A stretch of DNA of 64,000 bases from Shigella phage SHSML-52-1. The first letter of the stretch is position 1, and each line of letters begins with the position of its first letter. The DNA is taken from sequence record KX130865. One strand, given 5' to 3'. Shown here one piece after another: positions 44,885 through 55,942 of the stretch. Both the position numbers and the translations under genes were made by a program. Under the pieces are notes generated by a model. It searched no databases and was not told the DNA's origin. It saw nothing but the letters and a program-made list of their open reading frames with translations.

Positions 44885-45436
44885 TTACTTAAAGATATTT
44901 ATAATCGCTTTGATAATAGATTTGTTTTCAAGGTCAGGGAATTTAGGGAATTCGCCGCCAAGATGTTCATGTTTTTCTAAAAGGGCAAAGAATTTTTTGA
45001 GCTCTTTAAATTTTCGTTTTTCTTCTCTATTAGCAACCTCTGCGTCAATAAGAGAACTTAAAACACTGAATAATTTATAGAGTTCATGAATTTTCTTATC
45101 ACGTTGAACTACACGTTTATATGCTTCATCTTCCTTCCACCCGTCGTCGGTCCAAATGTCAAATTCACCAGGTTCTTCTGTAGTAACATTTTGAAGAGCA
45201 CCTGGAGTGTCAATAACAATTTTTTGCTTATCATATGTCCATACTGTTTTTCCTCGATGGTCTTCAACATATACCCATTCTTGCTCGCGTTCGTCAAATA
45301 TAACAGCATAGCCTTCTTTAGGGTCTAAAGGTTTTTTTGGTGTCGAATGAGCTGGAAATCCTACGCCTTTTAATGGTTTATAATTTTCTTCTTTGTAAAA
45401 TTCTTTAGTGTCAAAATAATAGTGATAGAGTTTCAT
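44885..45436 (-). CDS. 38: tail fiber assembly chaperone gp38 (T4-type)
   Basis: 183 aa; MKLYHYYFDTKEFYKEENYKP… matches recalled T4 gp38; directly downstream of gene 37. Confidence 0.8.
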   Translation of the reverse strand: MKLYHYYFDTKEFYKEENYKPLKGVGFPAHSTPKKPLDPKEGYAVIFDEREQEWVYVEDHRGKTVWTYDKQKIVIDTPGALQNVTTEEPGEFDIWTDDGWKEDEAYKRVVQRDKKIHELYKLFSVLSSLIDAEVANREEKRKFKELKKFFALLEKHEHLGGEFPKFPDLENKSIIKAIINIFK

Positions 45437-45446
45437 ATTATAAAAA

Positions 45447-45460
45447 GGGACAGAAGTCCC
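45447..45460 (-). terminator. hairpin GGGAC-UUCU-GUCCC + U5 between genes 37 and 38
   Basis: Read on the minus strand: perfect 5-bp GC stem followed by TTTTTAT. Confidence 0.5.
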
Positions 45461-45466
45461 TTCTCC

Positions 45467-48400
45467 TTATGCTAAACGAACGATATAGTTAAAAGCAACG
45501 TTTTTAACAGTGTTTTCTGTATTTCCTGTGGCATTTACAGTTATTGTATGTCCATGGGAACCAATTGCAACAGTATGAGAATGAGCACCAATACCCACCG
45601 AATGGGTATGAGCACCAATACCTACCGTATGAGCATGGTTACCCGTAGAGCTAGTAGTTCCTGACCAACTATGGGTGTGGGCACCGTCATTTGATGTTTT
45701 ACCGACCTTAGTTGCTAAAGTCGAACCAGTGATACCTGAGTTAATTTTAGCATATGAGTTTGCACCTATCGTAGTAACCCCGTCTCTAAACAAATCGTTT
45801 GCCCATGCAGCAGTGACCTGTGGACCTGAACGCGCGTGTTGGTGAGCTCCTGCGGAACTAGTATTACCACTCACTGTATGGTTATGGTTACCAGTGGTAT
45901 TACTGGTCTTAGTACCATAATCAAAGCTTGAAGTCGTTTTGCTACCGTAATCAAAACTAGAAGTGGTCTTAGTACCCAAATCTGTGCTTGATGCACTTGC
46001 ACTATGGCTATGTGACTTAACACCATCTGCTTCTGTACTTAATACAGCGCGCCCAGATGGTTTACCCTTGATAGTTTGACCACGCATATCAGGCAGAGCG
46101 CCAGAAGGATACACCGCAGCTAACTTAGGATACAAGCCAGTATCAAATGTTTGGCCTTCCATTATGGCATAACCTTCAGGAGGTGTATCAGTAGGCCAAG
46201 GAATCGGAGCACCAATTGGGTAACTCGAGACAATATCCGTCTTAAGGTTATTTATTGTGGTATTCAAGTTAGCAAAGTTGCCAGAACCACCAGTAATATT
46301 ACCATCAGTACCGAATTGAGCATTACCAACTTTTAATGGTTTAGTAATATCGACAGAATCAGAGTTTAATGCAATACCATGTGAATATGTGTAGCTGTGC
46401 ATACGAACGACGTTGCCGCCATCTCCAATACCTAAATACCATTTCGGAACATCTGCTTTACGTCCTTGAATGAAGTTAGAAGACTCTTGTGTTGGAGCAT
46501 TTATTCTAATAGCATCTGATGCCATATTTACTGTTATGCGTTGACCAGCCGTAGTTCCAGCCGCTTCTACTTTAAATCTACCGCCGCCGATATCTACATC
46601 ATGATCCATGGAAACTTTACCAGTACTTAATGTAATATAGAACGGACGTAAATTAGAAATACCACCTGATTCACCAACATTCTGTGGAGTTGGAATAATA
46701 TAAAGCTTATCTTCAGAACGACGGAAAATAGCCCCGTATTCAGCATCGTAAATACGGAAAGCATCAGCAGTCCCGCCAATTTTAACCTGTCCAGTAATTG
46801 AGGCACCACCTTGAACAAACAATCCATTATTCATTGTAACGTTGCCAACTAGAGTGCTTAATCCGTTAACTCTAAGACTTCCGTCGGTTATTAAGCTTCC
46901 TCTAGCATTAACCTGTCCATTGAACTGAGTTACAACAGGGCCTGTAGTTTCAGAACCGGTCGGAGCTACGCGTTGAGAATAGAAATAATAACCTTGGCCA
47001 TCAGAAACCTCAAATACGGTTTCTCGAGCTTTATCACCAGTAGCATTAAATGAGTTACCCCATGCTTTCACGGTCACATAACTTTTGTTCTGACCTGCAC
47101 GAGTACCGCCTTCCCAAAGGATTTGTTTGGTGCCATCAATACCTGAAGCCGCTTTAAAAACTAGAGAAGCATTAGTTCCATCACCATTAAAATATAATCC
47201 ATTATTAAGTTTTAACGTTTGAACAGAAGCGATGGTACCATCAGCACGCAAATTTAACGAATTTGAACCAGTTTTAATATCTAAAATGCCAGGCTCAACA
47301 AGAAGCCCATCACCCATACTAACGGACATACGACCAGTGCCACGGAAATAGTGATACATCTTGGCATTGCTGCTATAACCAATATGAGTCTGACCGTCAC
47401 CGTTATTATTACCATCAACATCGGTACGCGCAGTAAACATTGCTTGGTTGTTATTTGGGTAATCCCAAGTAGAACCAGAATCTCGACTATAACCAACCAT
47501 CAATTTTTTAGTACTGTTAATACCGTTATTAAGAATAGTGCCGGCAGAAATACCATTCGCAACTAAATCGATAACCCCGTCACGAACCCATTTAATACCA
47601 GTATCATTGTCACCAATTGCAATACCTTTACCAAACGAAACCAATGGATAACGTCCTTGGTCACCAACATCAGCAAGACCTATACCTATCGAATTAGCAA
47701 CAGACATACGCCCATCTGTGGTATAAGACCATTGATAAACTTCAGCATTACGTCCCGTCCAATACGAAATATTCTGTGGTTTACCTGAACGAGCATCGGC
47801 AACTTCATGGAAAATAGCAGAAGAAACATGTCCGCGGAATTTACGAAGGTAGTTTATACCATTAGTATCCAAATCTGTTTCGGTTGGAGTATAGTGCCAA
47901 GTCGGTAATGAAACTAAATCATATGCAGTATCAATATTAGTGTCCCAAGATTTAGTGCTCACATTGATATTTTTGGTAATAACTTTAGGACCAATTAAAG
48001 AACCAGCTTTAGTTTCAATATTACTTTGAGTAACTAAATATCCATTAGATACTAATAAACTTCCGGAATCAACTTGAAAATTACCGTTTCGATTAAAAGT
48101 CCAGTATTTTGAAGTCCCGGTTTCATCAATATAATGGAATTTAAAACTACCTTCGTTTACTAATGTACCAGCAGAAAAAGTTCCATCTTTATAGCGTTGT
48201 TTAATCAGTGGATGGTATTCTGAAACAGAAGTAGTTGAACTTAAATCTGTAAAGATAGGGGCTTTATTCGAATGTTGGTTAGCCCAAGCGCCATTTCCAG
48301 TGGTTTTAGGTAAAAATTCAATGTATTTTCCTGCATAAACAAACTGATTTCCATTGAGATTATACGTGCCGTTTTGTAAATAATCGCCAGTTTGAGTTAC

Positions 48401-48583
48401 ATTACCGTTAATATCCCCACCCTTAGCAAAGCCTAGGCTAATAATATTACCGAGGTCATCTTTAGTAAAAAGAGTTCGGTCTTTTAAGTTTATCGCTAAT
48501 TCGCCTTCGGCTAATTGTGCTGCAGTAGGATTAACTCCTGCCACTTTGCTTCTTTTAAATTGTATCTGTTTTAATGTAGCCAT
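45467..48583 (-). CDS. 37: long tail fiber distal subunit gp37 (receptor-binding, C-terminal His-box)
   Basis: 1038 aa; conserved N-terminus [13 protein letters not shown]…; C-terminal HxH repeats ([33 protein letters not shown]) and …NYIVRLA end as in T4 gp37. Confidence 0.9.
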   Translation of the reverse strand: MATLKQIQFKRSKVAGVNPTAAQLAEGELAINLKDRTLFTKDDLGNIISLGFAKGGDINGNVTQTGDYLQNGTYNLNGNQFVYAGKYIEFLPKTTGNGAWANQHSNKAPIFTDLSSTTSVSEYHPLIKQRYKDGTFSAGTLVNEGSFKFHYIDETGTSKYWTFNRNGNFQVDSGSLLVSNGYLVTQSNIETKAGSLIGPKVITKNINVSTKSWDTNIDTAYDLVSLPTWHYTPTETDLDTNGINYLRKFRGHVSSAIFHEVADARSGKPQNISYWTGRNAEVYQWSYTTDGRMSVANSIGIGLADVGDQGRYPLVSFGKGIAIGDNDTGIKWVRDGVIDLVANGISAGTILNNGINSTKKLMVGYSRDSGSTWDYPNNNQAMFTARTDVDGNNNGDGQTHIGYSSNAKMYHYFRGTGRMSVSMGDGLLVEPGILDIKTGSNSLNLRADGTIASVQTLKLNNGLYFNGDGTNASLVFKAASGIDGTKQILWEGGTRAGQNKSYVTVKAWGNSFNATGDKARETVFEVSDGQGYYFYSQRVAPTGSETTGPVVTQFNGQVNARGSLITDGSLRVNGLSTLVGNVTMNNGLFVQGGASITGQVKIGGTADAFRIYDAEYGAIFRRSEDKLYIIPTPQNVGESGGISNLRPFYITLSTGKVSMDHDVDIGGGRFKVEAAGTTAGQRITVNMASDAIRINAPTQESSNFIQGRKADVPKWYLGIGDGGNVVRMHSYTYSHGIALNSDSVDITKPLKVGNAQFGTDGNITGGSGNFANLNTTINNLKTDIVSSYPIGAPIPWPTDTPPEGYAIMEGQTFDTGLYPKLAAVYPSGALPDMRGQTIKGKPSGRAVLSTEADGVKSHSHSASASSTDLGTKTTSSFDYGSKTTSSFDYGTKTSNTTGNHNHTVSGNTSSAGAHQHARSGPQVTAAWANDLFRDGVTTIGANSYAKINSGITGSTLATKVGKTSNDGAHTHSWSGTTSSTGNHAHTVGIGAHTHSVGIGAHSHTVAIGSHGHTITVNATGNTENTVKNVAFNYIVRLA
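45577..45632 (-). repeat. tandem repeat of about 27 bp encoding His-box units in gene 37
   Basis: ATGAGCACCAATACC(C/T)ACCG(A/T)ATG repeated head-to-tail; coordinates approximate. Confidence 0.5.
45914..45967 (-). repeat. imperfect tandem repeat of about 27 bp in gene 37 (encodes KTTSSFDYG x2)
   Basis: Two adjacent near-identical units; coordinates approximate. Confidence 0.45.
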
Positions 48584-48591
48584 AAGTCCTC

Positions 48592-49254
48592 TTAATAATA
48601 GCCGAAATCTTGAACAGAATCTTTAATTACAATCTGGTCGAAACGAGGAACATGATTAGCCTCAGACGCCGGATTCTGTGAGAAAAAGTTTGGTGCTGTT
48701 AAAGTACCAGTCATGGTATCGCCTTTACGCAATACACGGGAATTTGCGTTATCCGTAACAATATTTATTCGACCATCAACATAGTCCTTTCTAGTAAGGT
48801 CATTCGCTGCTATAGGAGCAGCTGCATTACTTCTTATTTGACCTACTGCTGTCATAACGCCTTTTGTACTAATATCACCATTACGTGCATTAATTACAAC
48901 AGTTCGGTCTGCTGAACCTTGTGATGATTTAAAACCAATACCATTCCACGAAACGATGTCAATATTTGCCATAGCAAAGGTAGCTGCATCACCGTTACCT
49001 GGATAAACACCGCACTGTTGACTACTACCTATAGTAGGAACATGTACTCCTCCATTAAATCGAACAGTCGCGGCGTAAGTACCACCATTAGCTTTAGAAA
49101 CGAAATCGTTATCAGCAGCTTGCGGTTTATTATATTCTGAATAGAGTTTAAACGTTTTATACAGGACGTCATCACCTGCTGGCATTAAAGGGAAATTACC
49201 TTGATGCCATATAACAGCACCGCCAGTTGTACTACCAGCTTTTAAATCGGCCAT
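48592..49254 (-). CDS. 36: long tail fiber distal connector gp36
   Basis: 220 aa; position between 35 and 37; RBS AAGGAG. Confidence 0.8.
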   Translation of the reverse strand: MADLKAGSTTGGAVIWHQGNFPLMPAGDDVLYKTFKLYSEYNKPQAADNDFVSKANGGTYAATVRFNGGVHVPTIGSSQQCGVYPGNGDAATFAMANIDIVSWNGIGFKSSQGSADRTVVINARNGDISTKGVMTAVGQIRSNAAAPIAANDLTRKDYVDGRINIVTDNANSRVLRKGDTMTGTLTAPNFFSQNPASEANHVPRFDQIVIKDSVQDFGYY

Positions 49255-49278
49255 AGTTGTCTCCTTATATGTATACCA

Positions 49279-49286
49279 TATTTATA
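49279..49286 (-). promoter_or_regulatory. late promoter TATAAATA for gene 36
   Basis: Exact late consensus on the minus strand about 25 nt upstream of the gene 36 ATG. Confidence 0.5.
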
Positions 49287-49293
49287 CAAAAAT

Positions 49294-49311
49294 GGGAGAC
49301 CGAAGTCTCCC
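49294..49311 (-). terminator. rho-independent terminator after gene 35 (GGGAGAC-UUCG-GUCUCCC + U-run)
   Basis: Perfect 7-bp stem on the minus strand followed by ATTTTTG. Confidence 0.65.
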
Positions 49312-49322
49312 TAAATTTATTC

Positions 49323-50444
49323 TTATGCTTCTTTAAATTCTTGTCCAAATACCTTACCAGTATCAGTTGAAGATTGAGTAGGTAGTGTCATTATGTCTGG
49401 GGCACTTAAAGATTCTGAAACATAATTTACACGAATACCATTTATACCAAACTCGGCCGGTTTTGAAACGCTTCCATTACATGATACTTCAGTGAATATA
49501 ACGTTTCTTAATCCACCTTGGCCGACTGGAGCTGTACGATAACAATAAATCGTGAACCCGTCAGCACCAGCAGGAATTTCTATGTAGTCTTCATATATCT
49601 TCCATTCACCTGCGCTCCCATCAAAGTTTATATCTTTAAATGAAATAGGTGAAGTAGAAGGAGATTTAAAGAAACGAATAGAAAGTCGTGTCGTCCCTTG
49701 TGCTAACAAATCAGCATCGGCCATTAGTTGGAATTTCATATAAAGGAAATCTCCAGGCTTCAATTTATACCCAGCGAGAGGCGTAATAATGGATGTTGTA
49801 GGCATCCTTTTAATTTCGTTATTAGTACCTCCAACGGCAGATAAAAATGTGTCTGTCGATTCGTACGTACGTCTAGGGAAGCCGGTAGCACCAATATCAT
49901 CGATCGTGTCGTACACAACATCAAGTGGTGTACTATAGTCAGTTGAAGTTTTCTTATTACTATACTTAATATGTTCTAATGCTATAGCATTCTTACCAGA
50001 AATATAAAATGCAGAATAAGAAATGTCCACTATATTTAAAACTTGTTGAGCTAATGGAATAGCAGAACTCCCAGCTTTGGTAAACCATGCAAGAACTTCT
50101 GGTGGAAAGTTTGTTTTAGCGTTAGTAACAAGAGCAAATATAAAATTTGAAGCATATGTGTCCATGAAAGTAACAAATGCACTTGACGTTGCGTCGTTTT
50201 CAGTAGAGAAATTATATGACTTAGATTCAACTACTGCACCTGTTGTAGGATTTATTACACGAACGTTTAATCCAACGGAAAAAACCTGGGACCCAAGTGG
50301 ATTATCTTGGAACTTAATATAAGTAGGAGATGTTGATAGCGGACAAGAGCCCGCTATGCTTAATTTAAATCGTACTGAATTGCTTTCCGATAAAAATGGC
50401 GTTTGGACGTATCCTTGTCCAAACTTAGCCATAAATTTTTCCAT
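49323..50444 (-). CDS. 35: long tail fiber hinge protein gp35
   Basis: 373 aa; position between 34 and 36. Confidence 0.8.
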   Translation of the reverse strand: MEKFMAKFGQGYVQTPFLSESNSVRFKLSIAGSCPLSTSPTYIKFQDNPLGSQVFSVGLNVRVINPTTGAVVESKSYNFSTENDATSSAFVTFMDTYASNFIFALVTNAKTNFPPEVLAWFTKAGSSAIPLAQQVLNIVDISYSAFYISGKNAIALEHIKYSNKKTSTDYSTPLDVVYDTIDDIGATGFPRRTYESTDTFLSAVGGTNNEIKRMPTTSIITPLAGYKLKPGDFLYMKFQLMADADLLAQGTTRLSIRFFKSPSTSPISFKDINFDGSAGEWKIYEDYIEIPAGADGFTIYCYRTAPVGQGGLRNVIFTEVSCNGSVSKPAEFGINGIRVNYVSESLSAPDIMTLPTQSSTDTGKVFGQEFKEA

Positions 50445-50452
50445 AATACCTC

Positions 50453-53400
50453 TTATTCAATCCACTCGAATTTAACAGATTTATTCACAGGGTCTGGAAT
50501 AATGCGGACATTACCAATCCTTAAGAAATCCCTTATTGTCAAGTTTCCGATTGTTGCATTATCAGAAGGTAAAGCACCAATATCAGAAGGTTGAGGAGGG
50601 TTTCCGCCATCAAATACCTGAACAAAACTTGACCAAGAATTTTTAGTTTTCTGCCATGTACGTGTCCAACGGGTTGTACGTGCCTCTGGAGTTGTTGGAT
50701 AAGTAATCCAATCTTGGTAAAGCGAATCAAGTGTATTACCAAACTGAGTCAATGTACCAGGAGATTTAACTTCTTCGCCACGTTCTAAGTATGGAAGCCC
50801 AGTCACTTCATTAGTTTTTTCAACCATTTTAAAATAACCCGGGAACTGGTTATAAGTGGCTGAATCGTTAATATCGATTGACCAGAATCCTACGGTATCA
50901 GATGTTGGCGCCCGGGTATATAAATCAGATGTTTTAGAACCCTGAGAACGAATTCTCGAGTTAACAGTTAAACCACCTGAATTTATAGTAGCACCTTTGG
51001 CAATGATTAAGCCTTCACCAATCGTTACTTGGCCAGATGCATTATTAATAGCCAAAGGACGTAATCCATTAAATCCACCGGTCTGATCACCGGATGCAGT
51101 AAGCATAAAATAGGTATTAGCAGCATCATTACGAATAAAGAATCCGTAATCACCGCTAATTGCTCTGAAAGCATTTGCAGACTTGCTAATGAATTCACCA
51201 TTGGCTGTGACTGAACGACCAAATGTTGCAACGCCATTAACATTCATCAAACCGGAAGCATTAATGTTTATTGGCATTACAGTACCATTAATGCTAAACG
51301 CTATATTCCCATCTTTATTACGTTGAGAATAAAAATGATTAGACGTTTCATCACCAACTTCAAATACAGTAGAACGTGTTGTATCTGATCCGCCACCAAA
51401 CTGATTTCCCCATACTCTGATAGTCATCGTCTGTGCTGGGTTAGTTCCAGTTTGAGGTCCTTTTTCAAAAATCAGACGAGTTGCTGTTCCAGTATTAGAA
51501 ATAGTTAATGTACTATTTGCCGAAACTGAACCACCAAACGTAGCAGTACTAGATGATACAAGAGGGGCACTCAGATTCGTTTGTTGGGTTAAGGTTAGTG
51601 AACCATTAACCGTCTGTGCAATATCCCTACGAATGAACTGAGATGAATCTAGACCATCCAATAAATTTGCATCAGCAGCTTTTGCTTTTAATGGCAAATA
51701 ATTTGCTAATACACGGTTTAATTCATATGGAGAAATAGCATAACTATTTTTCTCGTAAAGATTCAGATCCTGGGTACTACCTTGAGTATCGTCACCAACG
51801 AATGTAATAGAACCGGATGAAGTTTTAACGAATCCGCGAATTGCTGTAGTAGCAGCCCATGTTGGTTCATTCTGGACAATCCATTTTAAATTCTTAGGAG
51901 ATACAGCAGTATTAGCAGAAGTTCCTGTTACAGTTTCAGCCTGAGTAGCAACCTTAATTACGCCTTCAGACGTTTCAGTGGACTTAGTCCCTAAAAGCTT
52001 TTTAGGAGTAATAAGAACATCATCTAAAGTTCCTGCATTAGATTCTGCCTGGGTCGCTACTCGAAGTGTACCACGTTGTGTTTCATTTGCTTTAGAAATA
52101 TCAAGAGTATAATGGTTCCACAAGGTTCCTTCTTCAATAAGTCCGGAATCAGAATTAACACTGGTACGGTCAGAAGAATCAAAATGAGTTTTAATTTTCA
52201 GTGGAGTCGAGATACGAGTATCATCAGTTCCAGTATCAAATTCAACTTGCGTAGCAAGTTCGGCTATGCCGGATAATCCTTCCGTAGCTTTCCTATCATT
52301 TAACGTCTTAGGCGTTACTGCACGTGTATAATCAGTCCCAGCATTAGTTTCTGCTTGCGTAGCAATTTCAATTAAACCAATACGTCCATCAGTAGAAGTT
52401 TTCTTATGTAGTGTTTCAGGAGTTACTACAGCGTGAGAATAACCTGCTTGTGATTGACCAGCAATTACTTCACTATCAACAGCTAAAATTACTGCACCTT
52501 GTTGAGCATAAGTTGCTTTATATTGGTCAAGGGCTTTAGGAGAAATAGTTAAATTATTTACGGTTTTATTATAAACGTTAGTGCCTGCGGCCCCACGAGT
52601 TTCAGCAGGAGTAGCAGAAGTAGTTGATACATATTTAACTATACCAGATAGTGTTTCAGAACCCTGACGTGCCTGCAATTTCTTAGGTGTAATAATCGTT
52701 GTGTCATCAAGACCGGCATCAGTTTCAGCCTGAGTAGCAATTTCAGCAAGACCACGACGAGTTTCAGTTGCTGTACGCTCATTTAATTTTTTAGGCGTAA
52801 CAATAGTATCGTCCACAAATGCTGCTGTGGAATTCTGGTTAACTTGTGCTGTTGTAGCAATTTTAGCGATACCACGTCGAGCTTCAGTTGCTGTACGATT
52901 TGCCAACGTTTCAGGAGTAATAGCCACTTCTTTAGCTGGAGTATTCTCTAAATCAACATTTGCTTGCGCTTGAGTAGCAAGAGCAATAACACCTAAACGA
53001 GCTCGTGTAGCATCAGTTCCAGCATCAACACGTTCTACCGTAGGGACATTCTGTTGCACAACCCAATAACGTGTACCAGCAACGGTGTCTTCGATATACG
53101 CTAATTCTAATACAGGAACATATGAAGTAGTGCCATTGAATTCTAGTTCAGTAACAGAGACCCATTGAGCATCAGGTGGATATTCAGAACGTTTAGGGAA
53201 CTGAAGCAATGCAACAGTGGAAGCAATTGTATCACCTTCGGCAGCTTTAATTTTTACTGTTTGACCTTTACGCATGTAGTTCATTGAAATTTTAACAGTG
53301 TCACCACTCAAAATTCCGGTAGGCAGCGTAAGATTAATAGTTCCGGTTGTAGCGTTATTTGTGCCAAAGATAAGAACTTCTTCATTTGGACGAATATTTG

Positions 53401-54328
53401 AATCCGCACGGATAATACGAAGACGCGATTTCTGGTCGCCTTCCCATATACGCCATAAACTATTTGCAGCATCAAAAACAAAAAACGCGTCAGAGTCATT
53501 TCTGCCTTCAGCAATATGAGTCCCGACTTCACCAATAGACGTTGTATCATCAAATGTTTTAACAATTGTATGATACAGTGGGTTTAATCTATCTAAATCG
53601 ACTAGGCTGATTATATCACCATTGTTAGCATTACGTGGAAGTGTAATGTTGATTGGTGCTGCACTAGTAAAACGACGAACGATAAAATCATTTGCTTGTG
53701 CTTGATATGGTGTCGCAGGTGTAACAGTGATTGATTCTTTACCATAATCGGTAATATACATCTGCCACAAACGATTACTAAACACAAACAATAGTTGTGA
53801 ACGTGGGCGCGTCATTAAAACCGTACGAACTTGTTCACCTCTAAAGTTTAAAATACTCTGTACAGACGCGTTAATCTGTACTTTAACTGTCCCGGTTCGT
53901 CCACCAATATCAGCCAAAACAACAGTATCACCATCAACTGGAGTATTTGGCAATGTAAAAACCATATCATTGCCGGCACCAGTGTTAACCGAAATCGATT
54001 CACCTGAAGAAAGTTGATAAGTCCCAGAAGCGACAGTTATCCATTGTGCATCAGTACGAACTGCACGCCATTGTAAAAGGTTAAATGCCCCGGAAGGAGA
54101 CACGATATCATTTATTGCTTGATATAAACGGTTGTCATAAAGAACAACAAATCCTTTGTTATATCCACGCGTAGAATCATATACTTGAACGGTGTTTTCT
54201 TGTACCAGGAAGTCAACGTTTACGCCATCAGTACCTACTGTACGGTCGGCTAATGCTACGTTAACAATCTTGTCGCCACCGGCGTCCAGACCGTCTTCGG
54301 CTCTGAACTTACGTTTGATGTCGGCCAT
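50453..54328 (-). CDS. 34: long tail fiber proximal subunit gp34
   Basis: 1291 aa; N-terminus MADIKRKFRAEDGLDAGGDKIVNVALADR…; repeated shaft motifs (…IATQAE.NAGTD…). Confidence 0.9.
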   Translation of the reverse strand: MADIKRKFRAEDGLDAGGDKIVNVALADRTVGTDGVNVDFLVQENTVQVYDSTRGYNKGFVVLYDNRLYQAINDIVSPSGAFNLLQWRAVRTDAQWITVASGTYQLSSGESISVNTGAGNDMVFTLPNTPVDGDTVVLADIGGRTGTVKVQINASVQSILNFRGEQVRTVLMTRPRSQLLFVFSNRLWQMYITDYGKESITVTPATPYQAQANDFIVRRFTSAAPINITLPRNANNGDIISLVDLDRLNPLYHTIVKTFDDTTSIGEVGTHIAEGRNDSDAFFVFDAANSLWRIWEGDQKSRLRIIRADSNIRPNEEVLIFGTNNATTGTINLTLPTGILSGDTVKISMNYMRKGQTVKIKAAEGDTIASTVALLQFPKRSEYPPDAQWVSVTELEFNGTTSYVPVLELAYIEDTVAGTRYWVVQQNVPTVERVDAGTDATRARLGVIALATQAQANVDLENTPAKEVAITPETLANRTATEARRGIAKIATTAQVNQNSTAAFVDDTIVTPKKLNERTATETRRGLAEIATQAETDAGLDDTTIITPKKLQARQGSETLSGIVKYVSTTSATPAETRGAAGTNVYNKTVNNLTISPKALDQYKATYAQQGAVILAVDSEVIAGQSQAGYSHAVVTPETLHKKTSTDGRIGLIEIATQAETNAGTDYTRAVTPKTLNDRKATEGLSGIAELATQVEFDTGTDDTRISTPLKIKTHFDSSDRTSVNSDSGLIEEGTLWNHYTLDISKANETQRGTLRVATQAESNAGTLDDVLITPKKLLGTKSTETSEGVIKVATQAETVTGTSANTAVSPKNLKWIVQNEPTWAATTAIRGFVKTSSGSITFVGDDTQGSTQDLNLYEKNSYAISPYELNRVLANYLPLKAKAADANLLDGLDSSQFIRRDIAQTVNGSLTLTQQTNLSAPLVSSSTATFGGSVSANSTLTISNTGTATRLIFEKGPQTGTNPAQTMTIRVWGNQFGGGSDTTRSTVFEVGDETSNHFYSQRNKDGNIAFSINGTVMPININASGLMNVNGVATFGRSVTANGEFISKSANAFRAISGDYGFFIRNDAANTYFMLTASGDQTGGFNGLRPLAINNASGQVTIGEGLIIAKGATINSGGLTVNSRIRSQGSKTSDLYTRAPTSDTVGFWSIDINDSATYNQFPGYFKMVEKTNEVTGLPYLERGEEVKSPGTLTQFGNTLDSLYQDWITYPTTPEARTTRWTRTWQKTKNSWSSFVQVFDGGNPPQPSDIGALPSDNATIGNLTIRDFLRIGNVRIIPDPVNKSVKFEWIE

Positions 54329-54358
54329 TCGTTTTTCCTTTATTGTTTCAATAATACT

Positions 54359-54366
54359 TATTTATA
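54359..54366 (-). promoter_or_regulatory. late promoter TATAAATA for the tail-fiber operon (gene 34)
   Basis: Exact late consensus on the minus strand about 31 nt upstream of the gene 34 ATG. Confidence 0.55.
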
Positions 54367-54369
54367 CCA

Positions 54370-54399
54370 GTTTACGCTTTCAAATGAGTGTGTTACTAT
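54370..54399 (+). promoter_or_regulatory. early promoter for the rnh-dsbA-33-59 cluster (-35 GTTTAC 54370-54375, -10 TACTAT 54394-54399)
   Basis: 18-bp spacer; divergent from the gene 34 late promoter. Confidence 0.4.
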
Positions 54400-54431
54400 A
54401 GACAAGTTGACTAACTGAACAAGAGGTTCAT

Positions 54432-55349
54432 ATGGATTTAGAAATGATGTTGGATGAAGATTACAAAGAAGGTATTGCACTTGCCGACTTTAGTAACATT
54501 GCGTTGGCAGCCGCATTAAACAACTTTGAAGATGGCGATAAAATTACTGTTCCAATGGTTCGCCATGTAATATTGAATTCAATTCGTAAAAACGTAGTGA
54601 TGTTCCGTAAGCAAGGCTATACAAAATTTGTATTGTGTATGGATAATGCTACTTCAGGTTATTGGCGACGTGACTTTGCTTACTATTACAAGAAAAATCG
54701 CAAAACCGATCGTGAAGCTTCAAAGTGGGATTGGGAAGGATATTTTACTGCACTCCATCAAGTTGTTGATGAGATTAAGAAATACATGCCATACGTTGTA
54801 ATGGATATTGACAAGTATGAAGCGGATGACCATATTGGTGTATTAACTAAATATTTGTCATTAGCTGGTCATAAGGTATGTATTGTTGCATCAGATGGTG
54901 ACTTTACACAATTACACAAATATCCTAACGTTAAACAGTGGTCGCCACCACAGAAAAAATGGGTTAAAATTAAGAATGGTTCTGCTGAAATTGATTGCAT
55001 GACTAAAATTCTTAAAGGCGACCGTAAGGATGGTGTTGCATCTGTTCGAGTTCGTGGTGACTTCTGGTTTACTCGAGTTGAAGGTGAACGAACTCCAAGC
55101 ATGAAAACATCAATTATTGAAGCAATTGCTAACGACCGTTCTCAAGCTGAAGTATTATTAAGTGCAGAAGAATATAAACGGTATCAAGAAAATTTGGTTC
55201 TCATTGATTTTGATTATATCCCTGATAATATTGCTTCAACCATTATAGAGTATTATAACTCATATAAACAACAACCTAAAGGCAAGATTTATTCATATTT
55301 TGTAAAATCTGGTCTTTCTAAATTAACAAGTGTAATTAATGAATTCTGA
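54432..55349 (+). CDS. rnh: RNase H (5'-3' exonuclease / flap endonuclease)
   Basis: 305 aa; MDLEMMLDEDYKEGIALADFSNIALAAA… and overall match to recalled T4 RNase H. Confidence 0.85.
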   Translation: MDLEMMLDEDYKEGIALADFSNIALAAALNNFEDGDKITVPMVRHVILNSIRKNVVMFRKQGYTKFVLCMDNATSGYWRRDFAYYYKKNRKTDREASKWDWEGYFTALHQVVDEIKKYMPYVVMDIDKYEADDHIGVLTKYLSLAGHKVCIVASDGDFTQLHKYPNVKQWSPPQKKWVKIKNGSAEIDCMTKILKGDRKDGVASVRVRGDFWFTRVEGERTPSMKTSIIEAIANDRSQAEVLLSAEEYKRYQENLVLIDFDYIPDNIASTIIEYYNSYKQQPKGKIYSYFVKSGLSKLTSVINEF

Positions 55350-55356
55350 GGTAAAC

Positions 55357-55626
55357 ATGGCTAAGAAAGAAGCAGTTGAATTTAATCAAGATGTGCATGG
55401 TGAAGAACTGGCTAAACTAGTCAAGGAAGCTTCCGATAACAAACTTAAAATTTCTGGTTATAATGAACTGATTAAAGACATTCGTACTCGTGCTAAAGAA
55501 GAGCTTGGCGTCGATGGAAAAATGTTTAATCGTTTGTTAGCTCTTTATCATAAAGACGCACGTGACCAATTTGAAGCTGAAAACGAAGAGGTAGTCGAGC
55601 TTTATGACACAGTTTTCACTAAGTGA
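55357..55626 (+). CDS. dsbA: dsDNA-binding protein DsbA (late transcription)
   Basis: ATG 55357 gives an 89-aa protein MAKKEAVEF…ISGYNELIKDIRTRAKEELGVDGKMFNRLLALYHKD… matching T4 DsbA; track ORF starts 55339. Confidence 0.8.
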   Translation: MAKKEAVEFNQDVHGEELAKLVKEASDNKLKISGYNELIKDIRTRAKEELGVDGKMFNRLLALYHKDARDQFEAENEEVVELYDTVFTK

Positions 55627-55942
55627 TATTAAACCGGTTGATGAGACCGGTTTATCTGAACAAGAATTAACAGTAAAACACGATAAAGATGATATCGCTA
55701 AATTGCTTGACCGACAAGAAAATGGATTCATTATCGAATCCATGGTTGAAAAATTTGGTATGTCTTATTTAGAAGCAACAACTGCTTTCTTGGAAGAAAA
55801 TTCTATTCCAGAAACACAATTTGCTAAATTTATTCCTACAGGAATTGTTGAAAAAATTACAAGCGAAGCAATTGACGAAAATATGCTTCGCCCATCAGTT
55901 GCTCGTGGTGAAAAAACTAATACGTTAGATTTCTTATTATGA
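55604..55942 (+). CDS. 33: late transcription co-activator gp33
   Basis: 112 aa; MTQFSLSDIKPVDETGLSEQEL…FLEENSIPETQFAKFIP…NTLDFLL matches T4 gp33. Confidence 0.9.
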   Translation: MTQFSLSDIKPVDETGLSEQELTVKHDKDDIAKLLDRQENGFIIESMVEKFGMSYLEATTAFLEENSIPETQFAKFIPTGIVEKITSEAIDENMLRPSVARGEKTNTLDFLL

